Positions 47,834-56,345 of a stretch of 64,000 nt of DNA are shown piece by piece. A program made the position numbers and the translations under genes. This DNA is from a virus. The number at the start of each line of letters is the position of its first letter. Within the stretch, counting starts at the first letter, position 1. The stretch lies in IMG/VR virus record IMGVR_UViG_3300007102_000044, positions 40,254-104,253 of that record, one strand, 5' to 3'. The notes under the pieces were generated by a model. That model was not told the origin of the DNA. It saw only the letters and a list, made by a program, of their open reading frames with translations, and ran no database searches.

Positions 47834-48144
47834 GATATATAAACATTTAATTCATATGAATTATTGGAAGTTCCTCTATCATAAACTTGAATATGCAAAG
47901 CTTTTCTCTGCTCTTTACCATTTTTATAAAGTGGTATGGTTACACGTGTTGTCTTGCCTTTCTTTGGTCTTGATGAATTTAGACCAACTATATCAGCAAC
48001 TTCTTCTTTATCAGTCTGATATCCTTTTTTAATAGCATAATCTAATGCAGTCTGAATAGCTGATGTATACGTATCATGATATAGTTCATATTCAGTGCTT
48101 TCAAGAAATATTTCTTGGAGTCTTTCTTTGTTTAGTTCACTCAT
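47830..48144 (-). CDS. putative internal head protein
   Basis: LQEIFLE leader; LHIQVY...YELNVY. Confidence 0.55.
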   Translation of the reverse strand: MSELNKERLQEIFLESTEYELYHDTYTSAIQTALDYAIKKGYQTDKEEVADIVGLNSSRPKKGKTTRVTIPLYKNGKEQRKALHIQVYDRGTSNNSYELNVYIS

Positions 48145-48156
48145 TTATTACCTACC

Positions 48157-48660
48157 TTATATTTCAATAACTGGTATAGACAATGAATTGTTCTCATCAT
48201 CAATTATAGTTAGTGTTTTATTACCGTCAATACTTTCCATGAAGTATTCCATATCATTTTCAGAATCCCTGATAATATAATAATCATTTTCAGCCAACTC
48301 AAAGTTGAAGAACTCTTCAAAACATTCTATCACAACTTTATAGTCAACATCAAGTCTATCCATTGTTGGACTTAATACAGTCAACACAAACATTTCATTC
48401 TGTCTTGGATTGTATTTAGCAAGATACTTATAGTTTTTATCCTTTTTGATATAGGCATAAACGCCTTGTTTATCAGATTTATCTATCGCTTGCTTTATAT
48501 CTGGTATAAAATTGTCCATGTTGATACTAGCCCTTTTAAGGCGTGATGCGAGTGAATGTTGCAAAGTATCATTTACTTTAACATCTATACCCTTATATGT
48601 AAAATAGAATTTATCCTTTTTTACTTCATTGAACATTTCTCTAAAATCTGGAACTTTCAT
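48157..48660 (-). CDS. putative internal head protein, BECR/RelE-like
   Basis: FREMFNE leader; TLQHSLASRLKR; late promoter. Confidence 0.5.
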   Translation of the reverse strand: MKVPDFREMFNEVKKDKFYFTYKGIDVKVNDTLQHSLASRLKRASINMDNFIPDIKQAIDKSDKQGVYAYIKKDKNYKYLAKYNPRQNEMFVLTVLSPTMDRLDVDYKVVIECFEEFFNFELAENDYYIIRDSENDMEYFMESIDGNKTLTIIDDENNSLSIPVIEI

Positions 48661-48683
48661 TTGATGAACCTCGTTATTTTATA

Positions 48684-48691
48684 TATTTATC
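48684..48691 (-). promoter_or_regulatory. late promoter
   Basis: GATAAATA. Confidence 0.7.
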
Positions 48692-48703
48692 TAAAGATGT
48701 CTA

Positions 48704-49123
48704 TTAAACGGGTTTGATTATAAAATCTTTATCCCATTTGCCGACTGAATAATCTTCATAGAAACCTCTATCAAAATAATCAGTCATGATATCAGAATCA
48801 TCATAATTCATAGTCCAAAGAAATTCTTTAATCTTCTGGAACATCTTCATATACTTTTCATTCAGGTCTGAACGCTCATAACAGTCTTTAGTGAAGTGAT
48901 AACATCCATACTGATAAAGTGAACCATCTTCAGCTTCACTATAGTATTTTGATTCTGGTTTAAATGGGTTCTCTGGTGATACCATAAGAGCAACATAAAT
49001 TTTCTGTGTAAAAGTTCCTCTATCAGTTGTGATAGAAAATTTGTGGTTTTTGAACTCTTTGTTTTTCTTAAGAAACTCTCTAAGATTTTTAGCAACTTCT
49101 TTGATTGGAATGAATCTACTCAT
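48704..49123 (-). CDS. LPD29-like early protein
   Basis: KFSIT, NYDDSDIMTDYFD..FY...VGKWDK; start moved to MSRF. Confidence 0.65.
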   Translation of the reverse strand: MSRFIPIKEVAKNLREFLKKNKEFKNHKFSITTDRGTFTQKIYVALMVSPENPFKPESKYYSEAEDGSLYQYGCYHFTKDCYERSDLNEKYMKMFQKIKEFLWTMNYDDSDIMTDYFDRGFYEDYSVGKWDKDFIIKPV

Positions 49124-49151
49124 AATATAACCTCTCTTGTCTTGATAACTA

Positions 49152-49180
49152 ATACTAACATATCTGAAATACATTGTCAA
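49152..49180 (-). promoter_or_regulatory. sigma70-type promoter
   Basis: TTGACA-17-TAGTAT. Confidence 0.75.
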
Positions 49181-49459
49181 CTACTTTTTTAAAGCCAATT
49201 TATCATACCAATCTATACCATCAAACCAAACTATATCGAATTCACTTTTCCAGTGGTTATATGAATCCTTTGTTATTGTATAAATTGAGCCAGTTGGTAG
49301 TTGAACATAAAGAAATCTTTTTGGTATATATCATGTTGAAAACCCATTTGATTTATCAACAGCTATTATAGACATATTTCCTTTTGGTGTTTTAATTATC
49401 CCAATACAAGTACCTTTACCTTTTATTTCATTAATCTTTTCCACATTCTTTATTAACAT
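49181..49459 (-). pseudogene. 92-codon early gene with single in-frame TGA (49331-49333)
   Basis: MLIKNVEK...GFST*YIPKRF...LKK; own promoter and SD. Confidence 0.65.
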
Positions 49460-49487
49460 AATAAAACCTCTCTTGTCTTGATAACTA

Positions 49488-49516
49488 ATAATACATCATA
49501 CTCTATTCTTTGTCAA
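49488..49516 (-). promoter_or_regulatory. sigma70-type promoter
   Basis: TTGACA-17-TATTAT. Confidence 0.75.
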
Positions 49517-49703
49517 GTATTTTGTTAATAAATTTTTTAGCTTCTAATTCACAATCTTTTATTAACCATGAATAGCTGAATACGACTTCATCATCTTTCC
49601 AAACTCTTACTTTGTCATATGGGTCTGAATCATAGTAACGTAATTCATAACCCCGATAAATTTCAAGGTCATAATACCCAAATTTGTCTTTTTTAAATTC
49701 CAT
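49503..49703 (-). CDS. early hypothetical protein
   Basis: 66 aa, GAGG SD. Confidence 0.6.
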   Translation of the reverse strand: MEFKKDKFGYYDLEIYRGYELRYYDSDPYDKVRVWKDDEVVFSYSWLIKDCELEAKKFINKILDKE

Positions 49704-49721
49704 ATTTACCTCACAAAAACA

Positions 49722-49764
49722 AAAGGCTGTACAATCAATATACAGCCTTTAAATTATATGTCAA
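49722..49764 (-). promoter_or_regulatory. sigma70-type promoter with 10-bp inverted repeat around -10
   Basis: TTGACA at 49759-49764; AAAGGCTGTA/TACAGCCTTT arms. Confidence 0.6.
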
Positions 49765-49775
49765 CAAGTTTTTTA

Positions 49776-50765
49776 TTATTTATTCCATAAATATTGATTC
49801 TGTTTTGTTTTTGGTATATTTGACAGTATCATATATTTAAAATCTTTACCTTTTATGTCTTTGAAACTTTTCTTTTGGTCAGCATTCGCATCATCTATAA
49901 GACTTTGAATCTTATATGCAAGGTCTTTATTGATTTCATCCATACTCTTAAAAGGTTTACCCTTTTCTTTTACTTTAACATAAAGAAAGTTTTTAAGTGT
50001 TGTATTTTTATCGCTTTTCTGATTACCAGTTTGTTCATAATTGATTGTAAAATCTCTATTGTTAAATATAACGTATACTTCACCATTGATATCAGATAGC
50101 TCTGAAGAATTACCACCTATAAGGTCTGTTATAGTCATACTAGCACCTTCATGAGTAGCTAAAAGTATATCATGAGGAACAACACGGCTTCTACCAGCAT
50201 TATTTTTAATTGCAAGTTCATAATTAGTAAGAACCCACACTAAACTAATGTCTTCAGATTTATAACCCATTTCAATAGCTGGTGTTATTGCCTTTTTAAT
50301 ATTCTTAACATTTTTAGATGTTATATCAAATATAAGATTCGGTTTGATACCAGATTTTGCACTACCTATAGATTTGAACAATTTATCACTTCTAAGAGAA
50401 ATTATATCCTTGTCATTATCAAATGCTCTTTGGTCATCTGGGTTCATATTTTTATATGCATCAAAATCACCCTCAACAAATGAATGTAAGTAAAATACAT
50501 CATTGGGTTTTCTAAGGTCAAGATTCTTAATTGAATCATACTTATCTTTGAGGTTTGATATTCTTATCAACATTGATTTAAGTTCATCAGTATCAATAAC
50601 TTTATATTGTGATGAATTAATCATTTTTTTGATTGCAAACCCTTTACCAGAACCAGCACCACCACCAAGTATCAATACTTGATTATATTTAGCATCATTG
50701 TTTACAACGATTAACCTTTCACTTATAATTTCTTGGTATACTTCATTAAAATTTATTTTTTCCAT
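49776..50765 (-). CDS. zeta-toxin-like P-loop kinase, putative virion protein
   Basis: GGAGSGKG, IDTDE, IFDIT, A..NN..R.R.VP..I; FNEVYQEIISE leader. Confidence 0.65.
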   Translation of the reverse strand: MEKINFNEVYQEIISERLIVVNNDAKYNQVLILGGGAGSGKGFAIKKMINSSQYKVIDTDELKSMLIRISNLKDKYDSIKNLDLRKPNDVFYLHSFVEGDFDAYKNMNPDDQRAFDNDKDIISLRSDKLFKSIGSAKSGIKPNLIFDITSKNVKNIKKAITPAIEMGYKSEDISLVWVLTNYELAIKNNAGRSRVVPHDILLATHEGASMTITDLIGGNSSELSDINGEVYVIFNNRDFTINYEQTGNQKSDKNTTLKNFLYVKVKEKGKPFKSMDEINKDLAYKIQSLIDDANADQKKSFKDIKGKDFKYMILSNIPKTKQNQYLWNK

Positions 50766-50773
50766 TTACATCC

Positions 50774-51211
50774 CTATATATCAATTCTAGTTAGCATACC
50801 ACCATCAATAGAGGTGTTTTTAATATACATCCTAGAACCTTTGTTTTTTCTTGCATATTCAGCCATATCTGGGTAACGATAAAAGTTTTTAAACCATTCT
50901 CTATTACGTCTTTTACCCATAAGAAACCAAAATGTATCATCTTCACAATCGAAAATTGGACATCCATCAACATGTTTATTTAATTGCATGGGTTGTGTTG
51001 GAATAGCAACATCGCCTGTTGCAGTTTCTTCATTAAGTTTAAGCATGTTTTTAAGAATGCCAATGACTAATTGATAAAATCTGTCATCACCTTCTTTTAT
51101 ATCAGGGTACTCTTTTTTTACAATTGCTTTTGCATCATTATAAAGCTTTTCAACTTCACCAACAGATTTACCTGTTTTGTCTGCAAAAGATTTCACTGTT
51201 GCTGTAGGCAT
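50774..51211 (-). CDS. conserved T4-like late hypothetical protein
   Basis: VKSFA.KTGKSV.EVEKL...AK; EETATGDVA. Confidence 0.65.
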   Translation of the reverse strand: MPTATVKSFADKTGKSVGEVEKLYNDAKAIVKKEYPDIKEGDDRFYQLVIGILKNMLKLNEETATGDVAIPTQPMQLNKHVDGCPIFDCEDDTFWFLMGKRRNREWFKNFYRYPDMAEYARKNKGSRMYIKNTSIDGGMLTRIDI

Positions 51212-51215
51212 TATT

Positions 51216-51575
51216 CTATTTCTCCCTTAGAAATTCTAATATATTTTTTAATGTTTCTTGTTCTTCAATACTGCAAATTGAATTTATATCAATATCATAT
51301 GACACATCTTCTTTTAACAGATATGAAGCTATAAGAAAATTTATCATCTTGTTATCACCTATATATTTGACCATAACCTTTTTAATCTTTCTTACAAGAT
51401 TACTGAGTGTATCAAGTGCATCTTTTTCTTCAGGAGTTGATGGTTTTTTAATCACTTCACCATCTTTATCAATTAAACCTTGATTGAAAGCTTCCCATTC
51501 AGTAAATGGTTTCTTGATTAACACAGCAAAACGATATGCCAAATATTTTGTTAGTGTGCTATTAACAGTAGGCAT
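51216..51575 (-). CDS. T4 gp61.2-like protein
   Basis: YRF..LIKKPFTEWEAF..GLID..G.V.K.P.TPEEK.A. Confidence 0.7.
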   Translation of the reverse strand: MPTVNSTLTKYLAYRFAVLIKKPFTEWEAFNQGLIDKDGEVIKKPSTPEEKDALDTLSNLVRKIKKVMVKYIGDNKMINFLIASYLLKEDVSYDIDINSICSIEEQETLKNILEFLREK

Positions 51576-51577
51576 TA

Positions 51578-52075
51578 TTAACCCTGTACTATATCATATA
51601 TAATATTTGAAATAGTCTCATCTGATGTTTTGTATTTCTTCTTAAATGATTCAATATCCTTTGAATATTTGCTTATAAATTTATCAAACAGGTCAAGTAA
51701 TTTACCTTCATTACCTTTTGCTGATTTAGCAAGTTTTGATAGTTCAGAATCTTTATTAATCATGTCTTTAATAAGTGATTTTCCCTTTGAATCAACACCT
51801 TCAAGAAACACCTGTTTTAAATCTATATCATAACCTTCAATGAGATTGTTATTTTTAGCATATTTCACAGCACCCTTTTCACTAGGGTGTGAGCCTATAT
51901 TCTGCTTTATCTCATACGTTCTACCATCAACAACTAACATTTGATAATCATCTTGTTTACCTTTTTTGTCAGTGTTATCACGGTTTACAACTACAAAAAG
52001 AGCTTTATTGTCTTTTGTAAAAGTTTTATAAACTATATCTTTTTTGTCAATTTTTGAACCAACTTTATATTCCAT
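51578..52075 (-). CDS. late hypothetical protein
   Basis: 165 aa, GATAAATA upstream. Confidence 0.65.
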   Translation of the reverse strand: MEYKVGSKIDKKDIVYKTFTKDNKALFVVVNRDNTDKKGKQDDYQMLVVDGRTYEIKQNIGSHPSEKGAVKYAKNNNLIEGYDIDLKQVFLEGVDSKGKSLIKDMINKDSELSKLAKSAKGNEGKLLDLFDKFISKYSKDIESFKKKYKTSDETISNIIYDIVQG

Positions 52076-52099
52076 TAATACATCCTTAAGTCTTTTTAT

Positions 52100-52107
52100 T
52101 ATTTATC
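52100..52107 (-). promoter_or_regulatory. late promoter
   Basis: GATAAATA. Confidence 0.7.
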
Positions 52108-53526
52108 CTAATCCTCATCCAGAATACTGATTAAATCATTGACATCATCGTCCATGTTTTCAATAACTCTAACACTACGTTCTTTCTTATCTTTCTTATC
52201 CTGTGTAATAGTTACATCAGTTTCAACCTTCTTACTTTCAAAGAAATGATGTTTATTCTCCTTGAATGTAGCTTTTTCAAAATCTGTTGTCATTGCAATC
52301 TTATCACCAACGATACCACCAGCCCTATTTTTAAGCATCTTCCACAACTGTGTTTGCTGGTCTCTGAGTTCTTCAGGATAAATCATACCTATCATGTTAT
52401 CAGCTGTATAGTTAATACCAACGGATTCTGATGTATTAGTCAAATCAATGTCTTGTTGCTCATAAGAACCCCTGTTACCCTGAACAGATGATATACCTAC
52501 AAACTTATTCTCTACCATAAAACCCCTTACTTCTTCAGCAATAGATTTCACAGTGTTATAACTATTATCATTCCTAACCCTAACACTATTCATGTTTTGA
52601 AGATAGTCAATAAATACAATCTTTGGTCTAAATGATAGTTTCAATTTCAAATCATTTATCAATGCTCTAAAAGTGTTTGTATCAGCACCAGCAGTTGGGT
52701 ATTCTTTAATAACCATTCTACCATATTCAGACTTGATATTGCTTGTGTAAAGCTCTTTATACTCTCCAAAATCCTTGATTTGTGGTATATCATTGATTAC
52801 CCTATCAAAAAGATTTGCTTCTATACGCTGGTTAATATCCTCTTCAGACATTTCCAATGTAATATAAAGAACATCATAACCCTGTCTATAATAGTTACAT
52901 GCTAGTGCTATCTTTGCCATAGATTTACCAGCATGGGTAGGTGCTAAGAATAGTGTAAGCGTTTTTTCCTGTAGACCACCACCCAATATATCATCAAATG
53001 ATTCAAATCCAGTTGAAAACCTATTGTCTGGTTTCATATATCTTTCATGGTTCTTCATGATATTATCAGATGTACCGAATTCAAGACCTATGGTATTATC
53101 AAATGATATAGCCATAGCCTCTTTTATCCATTCCTGAATATTTCCAAATTCAGCGGGGTCTTCTATAACTTCTGTTGTTTTTAAAACAGCATCATACATA
53201 GCTTGTCTTTTAACCCATTGTTCAGTGTTATCAACAAGCCAATCAAAATCATATTTATCATCAAATTCTTTAAGAGCTTCTATTCTATTTAAAACTGCTT
53301 CTGTCATATTTTCAGTCATCTTAGACTTATGCAGTTGTGTTTTCAAAACATTATAAGAAGGTAATGTTGAATATTTATCAACAAACTTCTTTATGAAACT
53401 AAAAATTCTGGAATCTACCTCATCAGCAAAATATTTCTTTTGCATATGTGGCATTACCTTATAAACATATTCTTGATTGGTTATAAGGTTGTATAAAATT
53501 ATATCATTCTCAATATCTACTGACAT
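52108..53526 (-). CDS. gp41: replicative DNA helicase
   Basis: APTHAGKS, YITLEMSE, IDYL, SSVQGNR, SES, KNR. Confidence 0.93.
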   Translation of the reverse strand: MSVDIENDIILYNLITNQEYVYKVMPHMQKKYFADEVDSRIFSFIKKFVDKYSTLPSYNVLKTQLHKSKMTENMTEAVLNRIEALKEFDDKYDFDWLVDNTEQWVKRQAMYDAVLKTTEVIEDPAEFGNIQEWIKEAMAISFDNTIGLEFGTSDNIMKNHERYMKPDNRFSTGFESFDDILGGGLQEKTLTLFLAPTHAGKSMAKIALACNYYRQGYDVLYITLEMSEEDINQRIEANLFDRVINDIPQIKDFGEYKELYTSNIKSEYGRMVIKEYPTAGADTNTFRALINDLKLKLSFRPKIVFIDYLQNMNSVRVRNDNSYNTVKSIAEEVRGFMVENKFVGISSVQGNRGSYEQQDIDLTNTSESVGINYTADNMIGMIYPEELRDQQTQLWKMLKNRAGGIVGDKIAMTTDFEKATFKENKHHFFESKKVETDVTITQDKKDKKERSVRVIENMDDDVNDLISILDED

Positions 53527-53726
53527 TTATCCTCCATATTACCCGACAACTTATTAACAAAATCATGCACATATGATTGAACATCATCATGTGTCAAATC
53601 ATATTTAGCTAGTTGTGATTCATCATAATTACATGATATAGAATCATCAACAATCTCAAAGAAGATGTCTAATAAGACACCCTCTTTGATTTTAAGCTTT
53701 GCAACATATAGATTGTTATTCGTCAT
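53517..53726 (-). CDS. small protein at the T4 gp40 position
   Basis: Synteny uvsX-40-41 only. Confidence 0.45.
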   Translation of the reverse strand: MTNNNLYVAKLKIKEGVLLDIFFEIVDDSISCNYDESQLAKYDLTHDDVQSYVHDFVNKLSGNMEDKCQ

Positions 53727-54777
53727 CGCTGACAATCTCAGATAAGTCGTTTTCAAGTGATTCAGAGCCTTCACCAAAACTCATTTCAGCGTATATCTTT
53801 TCGGATATTACTTTTAAGTTTTCTTCTGTGAAGTATTTTTTAGGATTTGCTAAAATCTCTTTCTTTTTCACTTTTTGACCATCTGGGAAGATATATGAAT
53901 GTCCTTCTGGTACAATAATGTTTAAGTCTTTACCAACTTCAAGTAAATGTGAATATTTGTATAGACCATGTTTGAAACTGAGTAGAATCTTGATAATCTG
54001 ATTCTCAGGTTTGAATCTGTCTTTAACATTTTTAAGTGTTATCACAGCACCAACTTGTTTAGTACCGTCTTTCTCTTTAGCCTTTGTAAGCATAAGAACG
54101 ATATCACCAGAATATGCGACCGCTTCACCACCAGCAACCTTATCACCACCATACATTGTTTGTTCTGAGTATGCGTGTGCAACCGTAATAAATATACTCT
54201 GTGTAAGACTGATATCAAGTGATACTGTTCTCCAAAAATCTTTTACAGATTTCTGAAAGGTCATGTCCATTGCTTCATTACGTTTTTCTGTATCTTCAAG
54301 AAGTTTCTTAGAACCAAGCATACCAAGTGAATCAAGTATAAACATGCATTTTTCATGTATCTTTTCTTCTTTTAGTGTTGAAAGTGTATCATTCACCTGA
54401 AATCTAACATCCTGTATGGATTTAACAGGAAATACAACAACTCTGCTTTTATCAAGACCAGCTGTATCACACATTTCATTTACAGTAGCACCTTCGGATT
54501 CCAAAATAATAACAAACCTTTCTGGGTCTGATTCAAGCCATGCTTTAGCCATATGCATACTAAAAAACGATTTAGCTGTTGAACTCTTACCAGCAAGCAC
54601 GAATCGTTTTCCAAGTGGGAATCCTTTTAATATATCACCATCTGATAACATTGCATTTAATGCGTATACTCCCGTGTCAACGCTGTTCTTTATACGATAA
54701 ATATTATCGTCATTATCAGCTACAAACGCATATTCATTTTTACTAGATTTAATAATCTTTTGTAACGTTTTATTCAA
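53716..54777 (-). CDS. uvsX: RecA-like recombinase
   Basis: DTG..ALNA.LS, GKSSTAKS, ESE, LDSLG.L, GG....YSGD; TTG start. Confidence 0.93.
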   Translation of the reverse strand: MNKTLQKIIKSSKNEYAFVADNDDNIYRIKNSVDTGVYALNAMLSDGDILKGFPLGKRFVLAGKSSTAKSFFSMHMAKAWLESDPERFVIILESEGATVNEMCDTAGLDKSRVVVFPVKSIQDVRFQVNDTLSTLKEEKIHEKCMFILDSLGMLGSKKLLEDTEKRNEAMDMTFQKSVKDFWRTVSLDISLTQSIFITVAHAYSEQTMYGGDKVAGGEAVAYSGDIVLMLTKAKEKDGTKQVGAVITLKNVKDRFKPENQIIKILLSFKHGLYKYSHLLEVGKDLNIIVPEGHSYIFPDGQKVKKKEILANPKKYFTEENLKVISEKIYAEMSFGEGSESLENDLSEIVSDDE

Positions 54778-54780
54778 CTT

Positions 54781-55284
54781 TTACCCCCTTAAATAATAAT
54801 CAACAAAATCATTGAACAACATTATAATGTATTTGTCATATTTTAAATATGTTGTATGAGTATAGCAATCATTTTTAATATAGTCAAGTGAAAACATACA
54901 AAAATCTTTTGTTCTGTTTGCCTTGAATACTAATAATGGTTTAAGCTCATCCGTACTGGCTAATACGCATTGTTCTTCATAAATGTTGATAACCTTTTTA
55001 ATTTCACCCTTAAAGATTGAATTAATAGATAGATTCAAATCCTCATGGTGTTTACACTCTATAGAATATGGAAAAAAGGTTGAAAGCAGACCTAATTCTA
55101 TATCACCAACTGATGTATTAAATGTTCCTGATGATGAATCCCGTCTTGGTTTAAGCTGGTCATTCCCATACTTATCAAAAACACCTTTATAAGTCTTATT
55201 GTGTTCATAGAACATTTCATGCAAATAGTCTGCAACCTTTTGTTCATATTTCTTACCTTTTGTCTTCCTGTTTTGTGGTTTCAT
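54781..55284 (-). CDS. PD-(D/E)xK nuclease / Holliday junction resolvase-like
   Basis: KGKKYE..VA, GDI, IECK, PLLVFK.NR. Confidence 0.75.
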   Translation of the reverse strand: MKPQNRKTKGKKYEQKVADYLHEMFYEHNKTYKGVFDKYGNDQLKPRRDSSSGTFNTSVGDIELGLLSTFFPYSIECKHHEDLNLSINSIFKGEIKKVINIYEEQCVLASTDELKPLLVFKANRTKDFCMFSLDYIKNDCYTHTTYLKYDKYIIMLFNDFVDYYLRG

Positions 55285-55302
55285 AAATACTCCTTTGTGG
55301 AA

Positions 55303-55310
55303 TATTTATC
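55303..55310 (-). promoter_or_regulatory. late promoter
   Basis: GATAAATA. Confidence 0.7.
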
Positions 55311-55504
55311 TAACCATCCTTGACAATCTTACAAGCTTCAAAAAATTTCACACACTCTCCAAAATTAGAAACTTCTTCAATCCATTCATACAGGTCTGAA
55401 TCACCTTCTAGGAATTCATAATATTCTAAATCAAAAACTGATTTGTTACTGATATTACAATCCATTTCAATATCACCATATCTGATTGTAAAACTTTTAC
55501 TCAT
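55310..55504 (-). CDS. hypothetical protein
   Basis: 64 aa, coupled. Confidence 0.55.
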   Translation of the reverse strand: MSKSFTIRYGDIEMDCNISNKSVFDLEYYEFLEGDSDLYEWIEEVSNFGECVKFFEACKIVKDG

Positions 55505-56085
55505 TCAATACTCCTTATAAAATTTGTTAATCTATCATATTCATTATGTCTGAATGCACTCAGAACATATATGTGTGGTTTTCTATAGTTATGTCCATTA
55601 ATTTCAATATGTTTCTTAGCTTCCGCTTCAGTTAAAAATGTTTGTTCTGTATCTCTACGTTCCATTATATAATGTATACTTAGACATTCCATTTTATAAC
55701 CATGTTCAGCATTAAACATATATATGATATCTTCTAAATGCTCTTCATAATCATATGGGTCTTCATTAAGAAGTTCTTTTATTTTAGGTGAAATCTGTTC
55801 ACCATCTTCTAAATAATTATCTATCATATATCGTTCCATAGTTTCATTGAATTTAATCTTACGTTCATGATAATCCAGGCCATCTGATGAAAATATTTCT
55901 TCATAATCACCATCATTATAAGACAATACAAAGTAACAATATTGATATTCTTCTGATGTTGGTACTTCTTGATATGAACACACAGCATATATAGGATTAT
56001 TAGTACACATATTATCTTGTGTTTCCAATTCATGTTGTAGAAACTTTAAGTATTCATAATCTTTCTTACTTATATCAATAATCAT
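55501..56085 (-). CDS. Ead/Ea22-like phage protein
   Basis: TQDN..T..PIY.V, FLT..EA..HI..NGHN..KP.IYV.S. Confidence 0.6.
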   Translation of the reverse strand: MIIDISKKDYEYLKFLQHELETQDNMCTNNPIYAVCSYQEVPTSEEYQYCYFVLSYNDGDYEEIFSSDGLDYHERKIKFNETMERYMIDNYLEDGEQISPKIKELLNEDPYDYEEHLEDIIYMFNAEHGYKMECLSIHYIMERRDTEQTFLTEAEAKKHIEINGHNYRKPHIYVLSAFRHNEYDRLTNFIRSIE

Positions 56086-56345
56086 ATGACCCCCTTTGTC
56101 ATGCTGAAATATCCTTCCATATCAACACACCCATCAAATGTAAACCCATTCTTTAACCAAAACATAAAAGCGTTGGTGTTAGTAAAATGAACATCAATGA
56201 ATATTTTACCACTACCCATCTCATCTTCAATAGCTTTTAACATTTTAGTACCAACACCCCTTCGCCTTTCAGATTGTTTTACCACTAATGAATGAATAAA
56301 ACAATTACCATTGTCTAATATAGTATAATCAACACCCATAATCAA
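56082..56345 (-). CDS. GNAT acetyltransferase
   Basis: LVV....RRRGVGTKML; N..A..FW.K.GF. Confidence 0.8.
   Translation of the reverse strand: MIMGVDYTILDNGNCFIHSLVVKQSERRRGVGTKMLKAIEDEMGSGKIFIDVHFTNTNAFMFWLKNGFTFDGCVDMEGYFSMTKGVI

Noticed and set aside
11935-53526. Inteins in RNR, polymerase or helicase
   Set aside because: Lengths are normal and no C/S...HN splice junctions were seen.
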